64,000 nt of DNA from the human T2T-CHM13v2.0 reference genome, Homo sapiens (GCF_009914755.1 NC_060926.1); one strand, 5' to 3'. Counted from the stretch's first letter, positions 30,161-42,194 are shown. A program made the numbers and translations. The notes: generated by a model not told the origin, from the sequence alone.

Positions 30161-30525
30161 GAATATGATGAAGTGTAATACTAGTGCTTTCTGTTAGTGA
30201 CTAGATGCATGCAGAATGCCAGAATTGTGGATAATCTTTGTTTTGTAAAATCATTTAATATGATTTTCCTAAATTTTCAAAAAATTAAATTAAAAACTTC
30301 AGCTTTATTTAAACAATTGTAAGATTTTGATATCCATTAATTATAATTATATTTTCTTTCAATTGTCACAGAGAATTGTAAATATTTTAAAGAAGATTTT
30401 TATTGAAAACATAAATTTTTTAAATGTTTTGATTCTATTTACCATTATTTAGGGTTTTTGATAAAAAATAAATTCAAATTTTGTACATATTAAATGCAAT
30501 CAACTTTTATTTTTCATCATATAAG

Positions 30526-30695
30526 CTGGCGTTAGCAAACTTTTTCTTAATGGGCTAGATAATAAATATGGTAGGCAGGCAATATGGTCTCTATTACAAA
30601 CACTCAACTCTGCCATTGCAGCATAAAAGCAGCCGCAACAAAACATAAGTGATTGTATGCGTCTATGGTCCAATAAGACCTTATTTACAAAACAA
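30526..30695 (+). mobile_element. MER58A-like hAT-Charlie MITE, right end missing
   Basis: gttagcaaactttttcttaatgggctagataataaatat…actcaactctgccattgcagcataaaagcagcc…ccaataagaccttatttacaaaac. Confidence 0.8.
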
Positions 30696-31199
30696 TTTGT
30701 TTGTATCTTGCTTCATGTGTAAAAATTTTTTTGATTTTGAAATTAATAAAAATGTTTGTTAATCAACTATGAACAAAGATAGAATGCCAAATCTGGCTAT
30801 AGAGTTCACTGAATATTAATATTCAAAGAAGATAAATTTTGATGAAGTCTTTGGCAAACTTGCAGAAGTTAAAGCTCAAAATAAAAATCTGTGATGTTCT
30901 TGATTACTGTTACAGACCAATGTTTTTTTAAAAAGATTCTTCCCTTTTTCAAAAAAAATTTGATTTAAAAGTATTAATTCATGATCTGTCTTTTGTACTG
31001 CATATTAATTTTACTTCTTATTTTAAGAAAATGTTTAACCAGCATGACATATATATTACATATAGAAAGTTCAATGAAAGAAAACTTTCACTGTCTATAC
31101 CTCTTTGCTAGCCATTATTATTATCGACTTCATTTCATGATGACTTTCTGAGACTCCTGTATATAATGGAAGGGATATGAAAACATGAGCCACTCTGGG

Positions 31200-31388
31200 C
31201 AGTGGTGTGCTAGAGCCAGCTTGCTGCAGCTCATGACAACTGATGGCGAGGTCTCTTCCCAGTTCTGTGTCCGTACCTTGAAATCAGCCACAATGGGAGT
31301 ATTTACACCGTGGAACTCTGCAAACACCACAGATGAGTGCTGGAGCCCCCAGAGAGCTGGTTGTTAAATATTTACCAGTCCACCTCTG
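31200..31388 (+). mobile_element. MER63A-like hAT-Blackjack MITE
   Basis: Imperfect TIRs cagtggtgtgctag / ccagtccacctctg; 8-bp TSD actctggg (31192-31199) / actctggt (31389-31396); internal ttgaaatcagccacaatgggagtatttacacc. Confidence 0.88.
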
Positions 31389-31415
31389 ACTCTGGTTCTT
31401 GATATGCCAGGTACA

Positions 31416-33515
31416 GGGCCCAGTCCTGTTTGGGTCCCTCTTAGGTAGTGATGGAATGCTGCAGGCATGCTCAGTCTTACTGTTTGGCAAAGCTGATAAC
31501 ACCCAGCGAATAAGGAGAAGCATAAGGCCTCTCTGTCATCTGTCATCTTTTGGTCAGGTATTCAGTTTCTCTCTTTGGACCCAGTATTCTTCCAGGAGCT
31601 AACTGACAAAAGAATAGGTGCTTACTGAACAGATCAGAGCTTTGCTTCGAAATCTTAGGGTTTCAGTTACGATTTCCTATCAGTGCTTTCAACACTCAGA
31701 CCTACTGAAGAAACAGCACCATTGGATCTATTGGGTTATAAGGCCCAAGGGGCAGAGCTACTTATAGCCTTGGCCAGCTTAAGAGCTTTCTCTTGCTGTG
31801 AGCCCCACCCAAGCTGGGGTGTCTTATGGCTTACTCATAAATGAGTCGTAAGAACACAACACAACCAAACAGGGTGTGCTCCTTACAAAGTGTAAAGGGG
31901 TTCACAAAGCCCCATGCCTCCTTTTTGTACAAGGGGATAAAGTGAAACAACTTCTTCACTTTGGAGCAAATATCCCAATATGTCTCAGACCACCAGAATC
32001 CCAGAAACTTCAGTGAGATGGCCCTGTATTTGTATGGAGTTTATCACCTATCTTACATCACACATATGCCTTAACAAAGGCATGTAAGTACATGTACTTT
32101 CTACTTTCCCTGGTTTCCTAGCTTGATATCTGCAATGTAGGAGATGAACATTGCATCATGGGAGATGGTGAGACAGTTAGGGTGAATTGTGCCACAAAGC
32201 CAGAAGGCTGATGTAATCACAGAGCAGATCATGAAGATGTACTGCTATCCTTTCCAGGTGAAAACAAACTACTGAATTCCTGAAGCTTTTTACGTTCATA
32301 GGAATTTTCTTTAAATGACCAACTGTGATGCCATGGGCTGTGTAAATGTGTAAAGATTCCTCATCTTAAAATAACAGCTGTAATTGAGGTCACCACTTGA
32401 ATACATTTACAATAATCTGTGGTTACTCTCCAAGATCCACCTGTCTTCTTTATCAACTAAATAGGCAAGTTATATGAAAATAAAATAAGAATCACTACTC
32501 TTGCACTTTTTTCAAATATTTCCTGTTGGCACTAATATGTGAAATTCCGCAAAGGATATGGAACTGTATGGACTAATAACTTGGTAGGGAAGCAGAATTC
32601 CAGGGGCTTCCATTTGGCCCATCCCAGTACTATACTAGGCCTATGATAGCCATTATTCTACAAATCAAAGAGTCAGTGTAGAGATTCTGTCAATTTCTAA
32701 GCATTTCCAACTATTCCTGTGAAAATGGAAAATAAACATGGGATGGGCTTGGATTCTCATTGTCTTCAGTCAGGTGAATTGAGTTAAAACTCCAATTATC
32801 CCCTTAGCCTCAAAATCCTCTGACTGGTAGACCACAGTGATGTTATAAGTTTCCAGGAATTAGTCTTAGCTCAGAACCAATGTTCAACAGTTCTTTCTCC
32901 AGTGCAGAATTACCTGACAAATGGCCCAGGTCACTCTGTGATAGACCTGGAGAAAGATTCATGTTATTACAAGGTCCTGCCTTAAGGCCAATGGATTTAT
33001 TCCTGGGGGGACTGAATCTGTGAATTGAATCAAGCCTACCTAGGGATTAGTTGAAAAGCCATGATTTTCTATCGCGATGACTCCAGTCAAATCCAAAGAA
33101 ACCTTAGTAGACTACCTATCTACTTCAGTCTTTAGGTTCCTAAACCCAAACAGCCATAACCAAGATCCCCGTGGGTCAGACCGTTATCACTCCAGCCCGA
33201 CTCTCTGTGATGGTTCCATCTGATGTTCTCTGCTGCTGTCTCTGGTGGTCACACACCATTGCTTGTCTCTGCCCTTCTAGGATCTTCCGTCTTGAAATCA
33301 GGAGCCTGTTTCCACCACACTCTCTCCGACCTGCATCTCCGGCCCTCAGAGAAAGGCCATTATCCTACTTCCCAATGGGGCCAGCACTCTCCTCACCATT
33401 GTAGTTCTAGTGAAGGTTGTGTCCTCTTGGAGAACAAAATTAGAGAGAGGTTTACGCATAATAATCTCACTTCAGAGCTATAATTTTATAAAGAATTTCT
33501 GGCGTTTCAGTGTAG
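31416..33515 (-). pseudogene. Decayed ERV-L internal region: gag 3' part, protease, RT and connection region
   Basis: Minus-strand motifs in ERV-L order: LLNIGSELRLIPG (32890-32852, cf. LLDTGSELTLIPG), AKWKPLE (32618-32598), KKTGGSWRVTTDY (32450-32412), FVFTWKG*QY, YIAD (32139-32128, cf. YIDD), WGSQQEKAL, ALPLGPYNPIDPMVL (31758-31714), LLIRWVLS; many stops and frameshifts. Confidence 0.92.
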
Positions 33516-33649
33516 GCCATGCCTGAGTCCGGGTTTCCATCACCCAGCAGAGGGAAAGACAAGAAATGCTCCCAGCTGGCCAAGGCTGCACAGTGAACCT
33601 GAATCTCTGGAAAGGACCCCAATATGGTCAATTTTACTTGCTCGCAAGC

Positions 33650-33835
33650 CGTTTGGTTTGGAAGGTGCTTAGAAATAGAATTGACAGGACTGCTGATGGA
33701 TGTGGAGTGTGAGGAGAAGAAGATGTCCAAAGTGACTCCCGGTTTTGTCGAGTGACACTAGGTAGATGGCACGTCATCTAGTGACAAGGTAGATTTTCAC
33801 ACTAGTTGATGGCATGTTGCCTAGTGACAAGGGCA
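33650..33835 (-). mobile_element. L2 fragment
   Basis: tagaattgacaggactgctgatggatgtggagtgtgagg…ccaaagtgactcccggtttt. Confidence 0.7.
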
Positions 33836-33879
33836 AAGCTCCAGGAGCAGCAGTGGAGAGATAAATGCTGGTGGGTGTG

Positions 33880-34325
33880 CCCACTTTGCAGAAGTGGAAA
33901 CTAACGATTAAAGGATTTAAGTGACGAGCCTCTTATCACACAACTAATAAGTGACAAAGTGTGGTTGAAGTCCATGTGTGCCTGGTCCCCGAGCCACGCT
34001 CCTGCCACCTCACCCCTTCCAGCTGTCCTGCTTCCCCACTCTGCCTCCTCCCCAGCCCTGCCCTATCCCAGATGCAGTCGCTGTGCCTCCATGGTCATTT
34101 TGAGGTTTCCATGCTAAGCCCTTGCGTACCTCTTTGTAGTGAATTCTCTCAACACCCGTGTGTGATGGGTTCTGTTGGCCCCGGTATTACAGATAAGGCC
34201 GCTGAAGTTCAGGCACGCTAGTTAACTCTGTACTCCTACCCAAGGACTGATGACAGCACTGAGACTTTATCTCACAGGGCGGTGAAGAGGATCAAAAGAG
34301 AAAGTGTTGGTGAAAGTTATTGAAA
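33880..34325. mobile_element. Cluster of degenerate MIR fragments
   Basis: cccactttgcagaagtggaaact…; attacagataaggccgctgaagttcag; tatctcacagggcggtgaagaggatcaaaagag. Confidence 0.55.
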
Positions 34326-37254
34326 AGTTAGCTGGGTATAATACAAAATGACTTGTCTACAGCATGTCCTGTTGTAGTGTCCTGCCTGGTGACTCAGCAA
34401 ACCTTGCTGAATGCTGCATCCAGGGGCACCTTTCCTGGTGCTCAGGAATTGGTAACTGAGTCTATAGGTGAACTCGAGGAGGCATTAAATACCCCATAGT
34501 GTGAAGAGAGGGGCTGAACACGGAGGCCAGGCTCCTCCTGCCAGAAATAGAGCTGTGGTCTGCTATCGTCATCCGTCTCTGCTCAGCCCCATCACTCAGG
34601 ACAGCACCTGGAGATGGGGCAGGGAGCAGGAATGAGGGCGGCTTGTGGAAGGAAAGGTTTCGTGGTGACAGCTTGCCCCTCCTTTCCCTGGGAAGAGGGG
34701 GGCCACTTCCCCGCCTGCCCTGCCCCTGGCCATAGCATTGAGCCAGGCCAAATGATGCAGGTTGCCAAGGGAGTCATTGGCGTTCTGCTCCTCACTTGCA
34801 GGCCCCTGCTGGCTGTTCATCAGCGTGGAGCAGGGTGAAGAGCTTCCTGTGAGAGCTGGCCACGGCCCCAGCATTTCAGGAGGCCAAGGGCATAACCGCG
34901 GCGCCTTCTTCTCCTTTGGAGTTTTCTGAAGCCGGAAGCTTCATGGGTGTAATCTCAGTAGCTGAGCAGAGAACCCCCTACAGGCTGAGGGCTGAGGGGA
35001 GTGTGGGAAGTCCCCGTGTTGTCCCAGACCCATACATCTCTGGCCAGGCATGGAGGAAGATCCCAAGGGCTCCACAACTCCACCTGCAGGAGTGCCAACA
35101 TCAGAGCGGCTAGAGCTGTGGGCTTCCCGGGTGAGAAGGCATCCCGCCTAGACAGGGCCAGGGTGGAGGCCAGAATGGGGACCACACATGATTGTCCCTT
35201 TGGGGGAGGATGTCAGTGAGAGAGGGTCCTGAGGTGAAGAACACCTGTCCCTGGGGATGAAGGGAGCACATGGGCTTGCGCCAGCCACAGACTGCAGTAG
35301 GGAGGCCTCCAATCACCGGCATGGACCCAGGTCCCAGGACATAGTGTTTTCTCTCCTGTGCCATCTGTACAGTAGCCATGTCCAGAAGGCAGGGTGGGGT
35401 GGGAGGGACCGTACGTCTCAGAAGAGACCACACCCTCCCATCTTACTTCAGGTCCTCCGCGCTATGGAGTCAAATCTGAGTGGAGGAGTGAAGGAAGGGA
35501 TGCTGCATTTGGGATGGAAGGTTTCAACCAGCCAGGTGTCTTTTGATAACCAAAAGCTATTTGATCCACTTGCCATGTTGTTAAGGATTCAACATTCAAG
35601 TAAGTTGCCCTGCACACAACGATGGGCTTCAGAGTGCAGCCCCTCTAGATGGAACCTCCTGGCGGAAACTCCATCTTGGCTCATCAGGAATGTAGCCTGC
35701 CCAGGTGGATACTGCTTCCCATGGCCCTGGACAGAAGAGGAAACTATGAGGAGTGAGTGCTGGGATCCCAGCTCCCCCGCGAGCATCCACTGTGACTCTG
35801 GGTCTTGCCGCCAGTGCAGAGAGGAGAGAAGGGGACACTGACTCACCAACTCATAGCTCAATGACAGCACTCCCACTCTTGGTGACAGCAACCAGATGGC
35901 AAAGCCCTGTCCTGAGACCACCCAGTCCTCACGGCACAAACTTGCCTGTCCATCAGAAGCAAGCAAATTAGCCCTGCAGAGGCTGCTGTTTTCAGCCCAG
36001 CAGGTTGTTAGTTGAGACAAGGTTCTTGTCCTGTTTATGGGTTATTAGTCCAGCAGAGATGGATTTGAAAAGCAAAACAAAACACCTTACCCAGGAAGCA
36101 CAGGAATAAGTCAGAAATTGGTGGGTTGGGAGGACTCTGCACGCTCCCTTTTGGCACAAGCCCAGGTTGCGTGGCCACATGCCCCAGATGGGCCCCAGCA
36201 GTCAGCAACAGGACTGTGACCACAGCCACCTGTAGTCAATGCTTGAGGATGCAAACAAGGCCTCAGTGTTGAAGCACAGTGACGCTGGGCTGTAAGGAAA
36301 GTAATACCTTGTCCTCACAGCTTCTAGCCCTTCTGGTCTTTAAGCTTAGTCTTTGGTGGGGGCACAAGAGCTGCATAGGCAGGGCCCCAGGGCTGCAGGC
36401 TTCTTCCTCTGCCCGATGCTGGCGCCCAGGCTTCCACCCACTGCAGGGCCCACACAAGGAAGGAAGTGCTCATGGGCAGCCTGGGGCAGGCCCAGGCTCA
36501 GAGCAGTTATGGAACAGGAGAGGACGGGAGGTCAGAGAGAGTCTGGAGCCGTCTCAGAGGATGTTGTGCAAAGGACAGTTGAGTCCCGAAGAATTAGAAA
36601 ATTTGGGGCAACTGAGGAAGTAGACAGAGCATTGCAGGTGGGTGGTGGGGAGGTACTGGGGGATTGGCAGAACCAAGAGGGAGAGTCACTGATTTATTTA
36701 ACAAAACCTCAGGGAGGTATCCGGCGTCAAGGCCCCGTGCTGCAGCAGAGAATCAGACCACAAAGGGTCGGCAGCACTGAGCCCTCTGGAGCTCTCGGTC
36801 CAGGCAGGCACAGGGCAAGGGGCAGCCAGACCACGAGAGAGTCCTCACCAAGGGCATGTGCAGCTGAGGAGGGCAGAGGGCTCCAGGCTGGGCCGTCTGG
36901 AAAATCCAAAGAGGAGAGAGGTTCTGGATGAGGCCCCACCCACACTCCTGGCCTGCCCCTGACCTTTCTATCCCCGCCATGCCTGATCTCCTCCCGATCC
37001 ACAACTTTGTTCCTCCGTGCCTTGGCAGATGTCATCCATCCCCTGGACCTCAATGCTCTCCCCTCTCTCTGCCTGGCAAACTTCTGCTTATCTTCAGCCC
37101 TCCTGGAAAGCGTTACCTTCCCTCTGCCCCTCTACATGGAAGGCCCCTCCTCCAACTTCTCTAGGACCCTGAACTAGCTGTAATAAGAATATTAGCAATA
37201 ATAGTAGTAATGGCCGTGATCAATAACAACTGGGAGAAACTGCCAAGATTACTG

Positions 37255-37400
37255 TTGCCAGTCACCTTTCTAGGTGCTTCACATCTATTAACTCAGGTTC
37301 TCCTCACAACTCCAGAAGGAGACATTATCATCTTCATCTTACAGGTGAGGACACTGAGGCCCAGAGAGATTAAGTAAGTTGCCCAAAGTCACACAGCAAC
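37255..37400 (-). mobile_element. MIR
   Basis: catcttacaggtgaggacactgaggcccagagagattaagtaagttgcccaaagtcacacagc. Confidence 0.88.
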
Positions 37401-38494
37401 TTCCTCTGTGGCAGAAAAATGCCTTGCAATTATTTATAATTGTGAATCTGCCCAGGGTGTGGGTCACCAGGTGCGGGCTGGCCCTTCCCACCTGGCTATG
37501 CATTGCTTTTCTGGGCCAGAGTCCAGGGAGTGTGTTTGTCCAGCAAAGAGTGACTACAATCACTGCCCATGAAAACAAGCACCCATCCCAGAACCCCTTG
37601 GTCAGCTGCCACACCTGCCAGTCGCATGACATCACCTCTTGGGTCCCTGGCTGCTACCCTCCCTTCCTAGAGAGAAGGGGAGGCTGGCATAGCCACCAGC
37701 AGCAAGAAAACAAACAGCACCAGCCTCACCACCTCCCACATTTCTCGGAACTGGGGGCCCTTCTGGCTATCAGGCGTTAAGGAATTCTTCTAAGAGGGAC
37801 AAAAGAGGGTGAGAGAGATGTAGAAACACCAGTGACAATGGAAACACTGGCCAGCACACATAAACCATGCTCTGCACCTACCCTCTGGCCGCATGTTAAC
37901 ATCCGTGATCTGTGCCAGCGGGCAGCCTTCCCACACCCATGGATGGGGAGCATCAGCCTCTCAGCCCACATGGCCTCTATCCTCAGAAGGGGCCAGCATC
38001 CCTGTCCCACCCCACTTAGGTCCCCAGTTCTGTTTCTTATGATGGCACCTTCCCAGATGCCTAGCTTCACAGAATTCTCGCAGTTAGGCGCTCACCACAG
38101 AGCCAATCTGATTTAAATCATATTTCTTCATAGGCTGGATGTCCCCATCTTGTCTTCTTCTTATTTCCTTACAGATTGGCATACACAACTAGTGGGTAAA
38201 CACACGCCCTTCCTCTCTCCAGCCTCTCCACACACACATGCAGGCCCACACAGAGCCACTCATGTGCACAGACACCCACACACAGCCTCGGGACTCCTGA
38301 TTTCTCCCAATGCTTTCAATGGGTCCATTCTTCACGCAGAGTCCTGTACAGCAAGATCAGGATGAGGAAAGGACTGTCAGAAGAATGACTCCCCTGAGTC
38401 ACGGGTGGCTTCCTCAGAAGCCGCAGCCTCAGTAGACTGTAAGAATAACAGGAGAGACTCAAGTTGCCAGCATCAGCAGGGCCGTCATGGCCAC

Positions 38495-39150
38495 AGTCAG
38501 TTAGAATTAGGTTCAGCCAATAACAGTGGCTTAAATCAGTGTTTCTCAAACTCTAATGTTCATACAAATCACTGGGAGCTTATTAAACTGTAGATATTGA
38601 TTTAGTAGGTGTGAGTGTGACCCAAGATTGTACATTTCTAACAAGCTCCCAGGAGATGCCATTGCTGTCGGTCCTTGGAGCATACTTTGAGTAGTAAGCA
38701 CGTACACAAAATAGTTTATTTTTCCTCATGCTCTTGAAGTCCAGAAGTAGTCCGTCCAGGGCTGGTGTGGTGCTCCATAGTGTGAGGGACCCACATTCCT
38801 TCTACTTGTTGCTCCCATGTGTGACTCCCATTGGACCAAGGTGCTTCCTGGGGTCCAAAATGGCTGCTGGAGCTCCAGCCATTATGTTTGCATTTCAGCC
38901 TGCTCCTTTCTCCAGAAGCAAGACCTGATAGCAGAAGAGCATGCCTCCTCCTTCTAAGAATGCATCAGAATTTGCACACTTCCACTAGTATCCCACTAGT
39001 CAGAACTCAACCACATGGCCTCACCTATGTCCATCGGGAAAGGCTGCTGGGAAATAGCCTATTTTATAGGCAACCATATGCTCAACTCAAAACTGAGAGT
39101 TCTATTACTGAAGAATTAGGTAAGGAATATTACCTAACTAGGGAGGCAAT
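38495..39150 (-). mobile_element. MaLR LTR (MLT1J-like) split by MER5
   Basis: agtcagttagaattaggttcagc…aacagtggcttaa; gtccagggctggtgtgg…ccaaaatggctgctggagctccagcc…cagaactcaaccacatggcc…gaaaggctgctgggaaatag. Confidence 0.75.
38537..38698. mobile_element. MER5A/B hAT-Charlie MITE
   Basis: cagtgtttctcaaact…aatcactgggagcttattaaa…catttctaacaagctcccaggagatgcc…cctttggagcatactttgagtag-like end. Confidence 0.85.
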
Positions 39151-39361
39151 TGGTAATCCCCAGCACACAGCACACTGGGCTAAGGGATGAGACCATAGAC
39201 ATTCACTGACTGCCTTGTCAGCAGGGTCAGTTGTTTCAGTTTTCCAGGGACAAATGTGAAAATGAACCACATTTCTGGCCCTGACAGTTTCTGCTCACAA
39301 TCCCTCAGTACACCTTAAGGCAAGTCTTGTAAAACGACAAGCATCACATGCTCAGTCTCAG

Positions 39362-39555
39362 AGGCAGTGTATGGTGTGGTCTGGCTTCAGGCACTGGAGG
39401 CAGACTGCCTGGGTTCAAATCTTGGCTATACTACCTACTGGCTATGTAATCTTGAGCAAGTTGCTAGCCTCTCTCTGTGCCTCAGTTTCTCATATGTAAA
39501 ATGGGGACCTAGTGTCTCTCTCAAAGTGTTGGTATGGAGATGAAATGAGACAAAC
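39362..39555 (+). mobile_element. MIR (near full length)
   Basis: ctggaggcagactgcctgggttcaaatcttggct…tgtaatcttgagcaagtt…ctctgtgcctcagtttctcatatgtaaaatgggga. Confidence 0.92.
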
Positions 39556-39862
39556 TTGCACACCAGCCCTGATGAATAAATAAGTCTACTTTAACACACT
39601 TTATAGGCCTCCTTTGACCAGAGCCTGTACAGCCTGTGTGTATGGAGGTTACAGGAGAAGGAGACCCAGGCCCATCCTAAGGGAGCTAAAAATCCATGGC
39701 TGTATCTAATTCTGAATTAATGACCTGGGAGCTGCACATTAGAAAATCAGTCATTTCTTTGGTGATAATCTCCATTTGCTAAGGAAATTCAGAATGATAG
39801 TTTTTTCCCCCAAACTTTCTTTTAATGATTTTTTTACACAAGAAATGAATCATAACCACACT

Positions 39863-40630
39863 GTGATAGCTTTGTGAACTCTTGTCTCCCAGAATTCTTT
39901 TTCTTGCATGTTTCTGATTAGGGTGGGCTATAAGGGACGTTCTCTTGGGGGAGAATTGGAGGGAGGAAGGAAGGCAGCCACTGCTGTGTAGCACACAGAG
40001 TGCTGATCTGCTGACTTGCCTCACTGGTGTGAAGCAGCAGCTGGGTCACATGAGCGTGTGTTAGATGAAGGCCCCCAGCTTCTGCCAGGTTCCCTTGTCA
40101 CCAAGGTCAGAGGTAACAAGAATGGACCCAGGTTTCAGTCCATCCTGTAGGGTTCTAGTCCATCATGCTCTTGGGGTTCCAGCCTGCTCGTGGTCTTCCC
40201 TTCCTGACTGCTGCCTTGGGGACGTCAAGATCTAGCAACACACATGGAGACACTTAATCAGCCCCCACAATGGGTGTAAGCCAATTCCCTGTAATAAATC
40301 TATCTATCTGTCTATATCTATCTATCATCTATCTATTTATATACCTGTTATCTATCTACCTACCTATCTACATCTATTATCTATCTATTTATATACCTGT
40401 TATCTATCATCTACTATTATCTACTATCTATTTACCTTTCATCTATTTATCTATCATCTACTATCTATCATCTATCATTTATCATATATCTATCATCTAC
40501 TATTATCTATGTATCTATCTATATATCTATCTATCCATCCATCCACCTACCTATCCAATCTATCTAAAATCTCCACCTTATTGTACTGATTTGCTCCAAT
40601 GGTTCTGTAGTTGAAACCCTGATTGATACA
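39863..40630 (+). mobile_element. Solo ERVL-class LTR (LTR41/LTR50-like) with internal (TCTA)n expansion
   Basis: tg…ca termini; cccagaattc…catgtttctgattagggtgggc; ccaaggtcagaggtaacaagaa; AATAAA at ~40293; ends ggttctg…gaaaccctgattgataca. Confidence 0.75.
40299..40566. repeat. Degenerate (TCTA)n/(TCCA)n microsatellite
   Basis: Seen directly. Confidence 0.95.
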
Positions 40631-40664
40631 CATACTATCAGAAATGTAGAAAAACTTCCCTGTC

Positions 40665-40800
40665 ATCTGATCCCCTCTTTCACAGCTGGGCAAACTGAAG
40701 CACAGAAAAGTAGAATGCTTTTCTTGAGGTCACACTGTGAGCTAGTGACTAAGGAGGAAGCAGAACCCAGCTCTCCTGATGCCTGGTCCAGTGCTGTCTC
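40665..40800 (-). mobile_element. MIR
   Basis: tttcacagctgggcaaactgaagcacaga…gaggtcacac…gctagtg…agaacccagctctcctga. Confidence 0.75.
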
Positions 40801-42194
40801 CATGGACACATCTCCATCATCAGCAGTCACTCATTCCACAACAGAAGAATTCTGGGACCCTCCTACCTACCAGGTGCTGGGCTTCTGAGACCCTGTACCT
40901 ACCAAGTGCTGGGCTTGAGGTGGAGATTTAGGGCCATGTCACATGTGGATCCTGCCCTCCAGCTGCCCAGGGCTGGTGGGGAGACAGGTAAGTCTGCAGA
41001 TAATTAGGACATGGGGTGGCAGGTGTCCCAGGTGGGGGACAGCCAGCACAGGAGCCTGTGGGGCCCAGAAGCTAGCCCTTCATGCAAATCAGAGGGGTCG
41101 GGGGACAGGCAAGGCGGCTGCGAGGTCTGCTGTGGGGCATCTCCAGAAGAGCCCTTCTCTAACATGGTGGAGAAATGAATCTATGGATCAAGAGCTCCTG
41201 GCAGTGCCAGCCCTGGACTGTCCCGGGGGTGGGAGATGCTCCTCCTGTGCCCATTGCTGTCCTGGGTCCTGCTCCCTCTCCTGATGCAGGACCTGGTCTC
41301 CTCACACCCTCCCCATCCCGTCCGTACAGCCTCCAGGAGGGGCTCCTGGCTGTTGAGAGCTCCCCAGTCTGCTCTCGGGGCCCAGACAACAGCCTCTGAG
41401 CCTCCCCTCTGGTGATGAAGGCTTTGTCTCTTAGTAAGAAAGCATAAGCGAGGAGCCTGGGGTGGGTTTCTGAAAGGGCCCCTCCTTCTCCACTGCTGGC
41501 TTGAGGTCTCCCCACAGTGGGGGTTTCTGAGCCCTAGGCAGTGCTCTGTGTGAGGCATCTTCAACGGTGCTTTGCTCAACGAACCCTTCTCCAGCGCTGA
41601 CCCTTTGTCCATCATCTCACTGGACATTGGGGGTCCAGAAAACGCTGAGGCCCGAGGCCTTGCCTGACCCCCAAGGCTGGCCCTGAAGTGTTCCAAATGC
41701 CCAGACTGATATCCCTAAATCCTTAAGTCCTGACCTGGGGAATCCCGGCAACAAAGCCCCCAGGGAACAGGCTGCTGTCACCAACCCAGTCTCAGGCCAA
41801 GCACTCTTTGGAGAACAAATGACACGCTGATTTGGTAACTGATGAGCTAAGGAGCCAGGGAAAGGGGTGGCAGGGTGGGGAGGGACGGGGCTCAAGCTAC
41901 TTGTCCCTGTTTACTCTCTGAACTTTCTGGAAAGCTCCTAGGACTTTGTTTTCCTGAAATGACATAAAAACAGGTTGGACTTCTTCAGTGTTTACTCGAA
42001 GACTTAATTACCTAAGTATGAGCTGGGCTGCCCGACACGCTGGCAGAAGTAAGGTAGGGCAAATGCCTCAGCCTCTTGCCTGGCCCTGAGAAGTCCCAGG
42101 AGGTGGGCTCCCAACCCAGGATACAAGCGTCTCTGGGGAGGACACTGAGCCGGGGCTGGGAAGAGGCCTGGCTGTCTAGGACAGAGCTGGTTAC

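Larger units (their letters stand above)
29560..31415 (+). mobile_element. hAT-Tip100 DNA transposon relic (Arthur1-like) with decayed transposase C-terminus
   Basis: Very AT-rich; ~30737-30880 translates with frameshifts as LKLIK…STMNKDRMPNLAI…KKINFDEVFGKLAEVKAQ, resembling the hAT C-terminal dimerisation domain; left boundary uncertain. Confidence 0.75.

Noticed and set aside
35885-35905. CTCF-like caaccagatggcaa
   Set aside because: Mismatches at informative positions; expected by chance in 64 kb
40270-40614. Hydrophobic I/Y/L/S-rich ORF resembling a membrane protein
   Set aside because: Translation of the (TCTA)n microsatellite; similar hydrophobic ORFs at 53.7-54.2, 57.7-58.7 and 62.0-62.2 kb come from T-rich antisense L1
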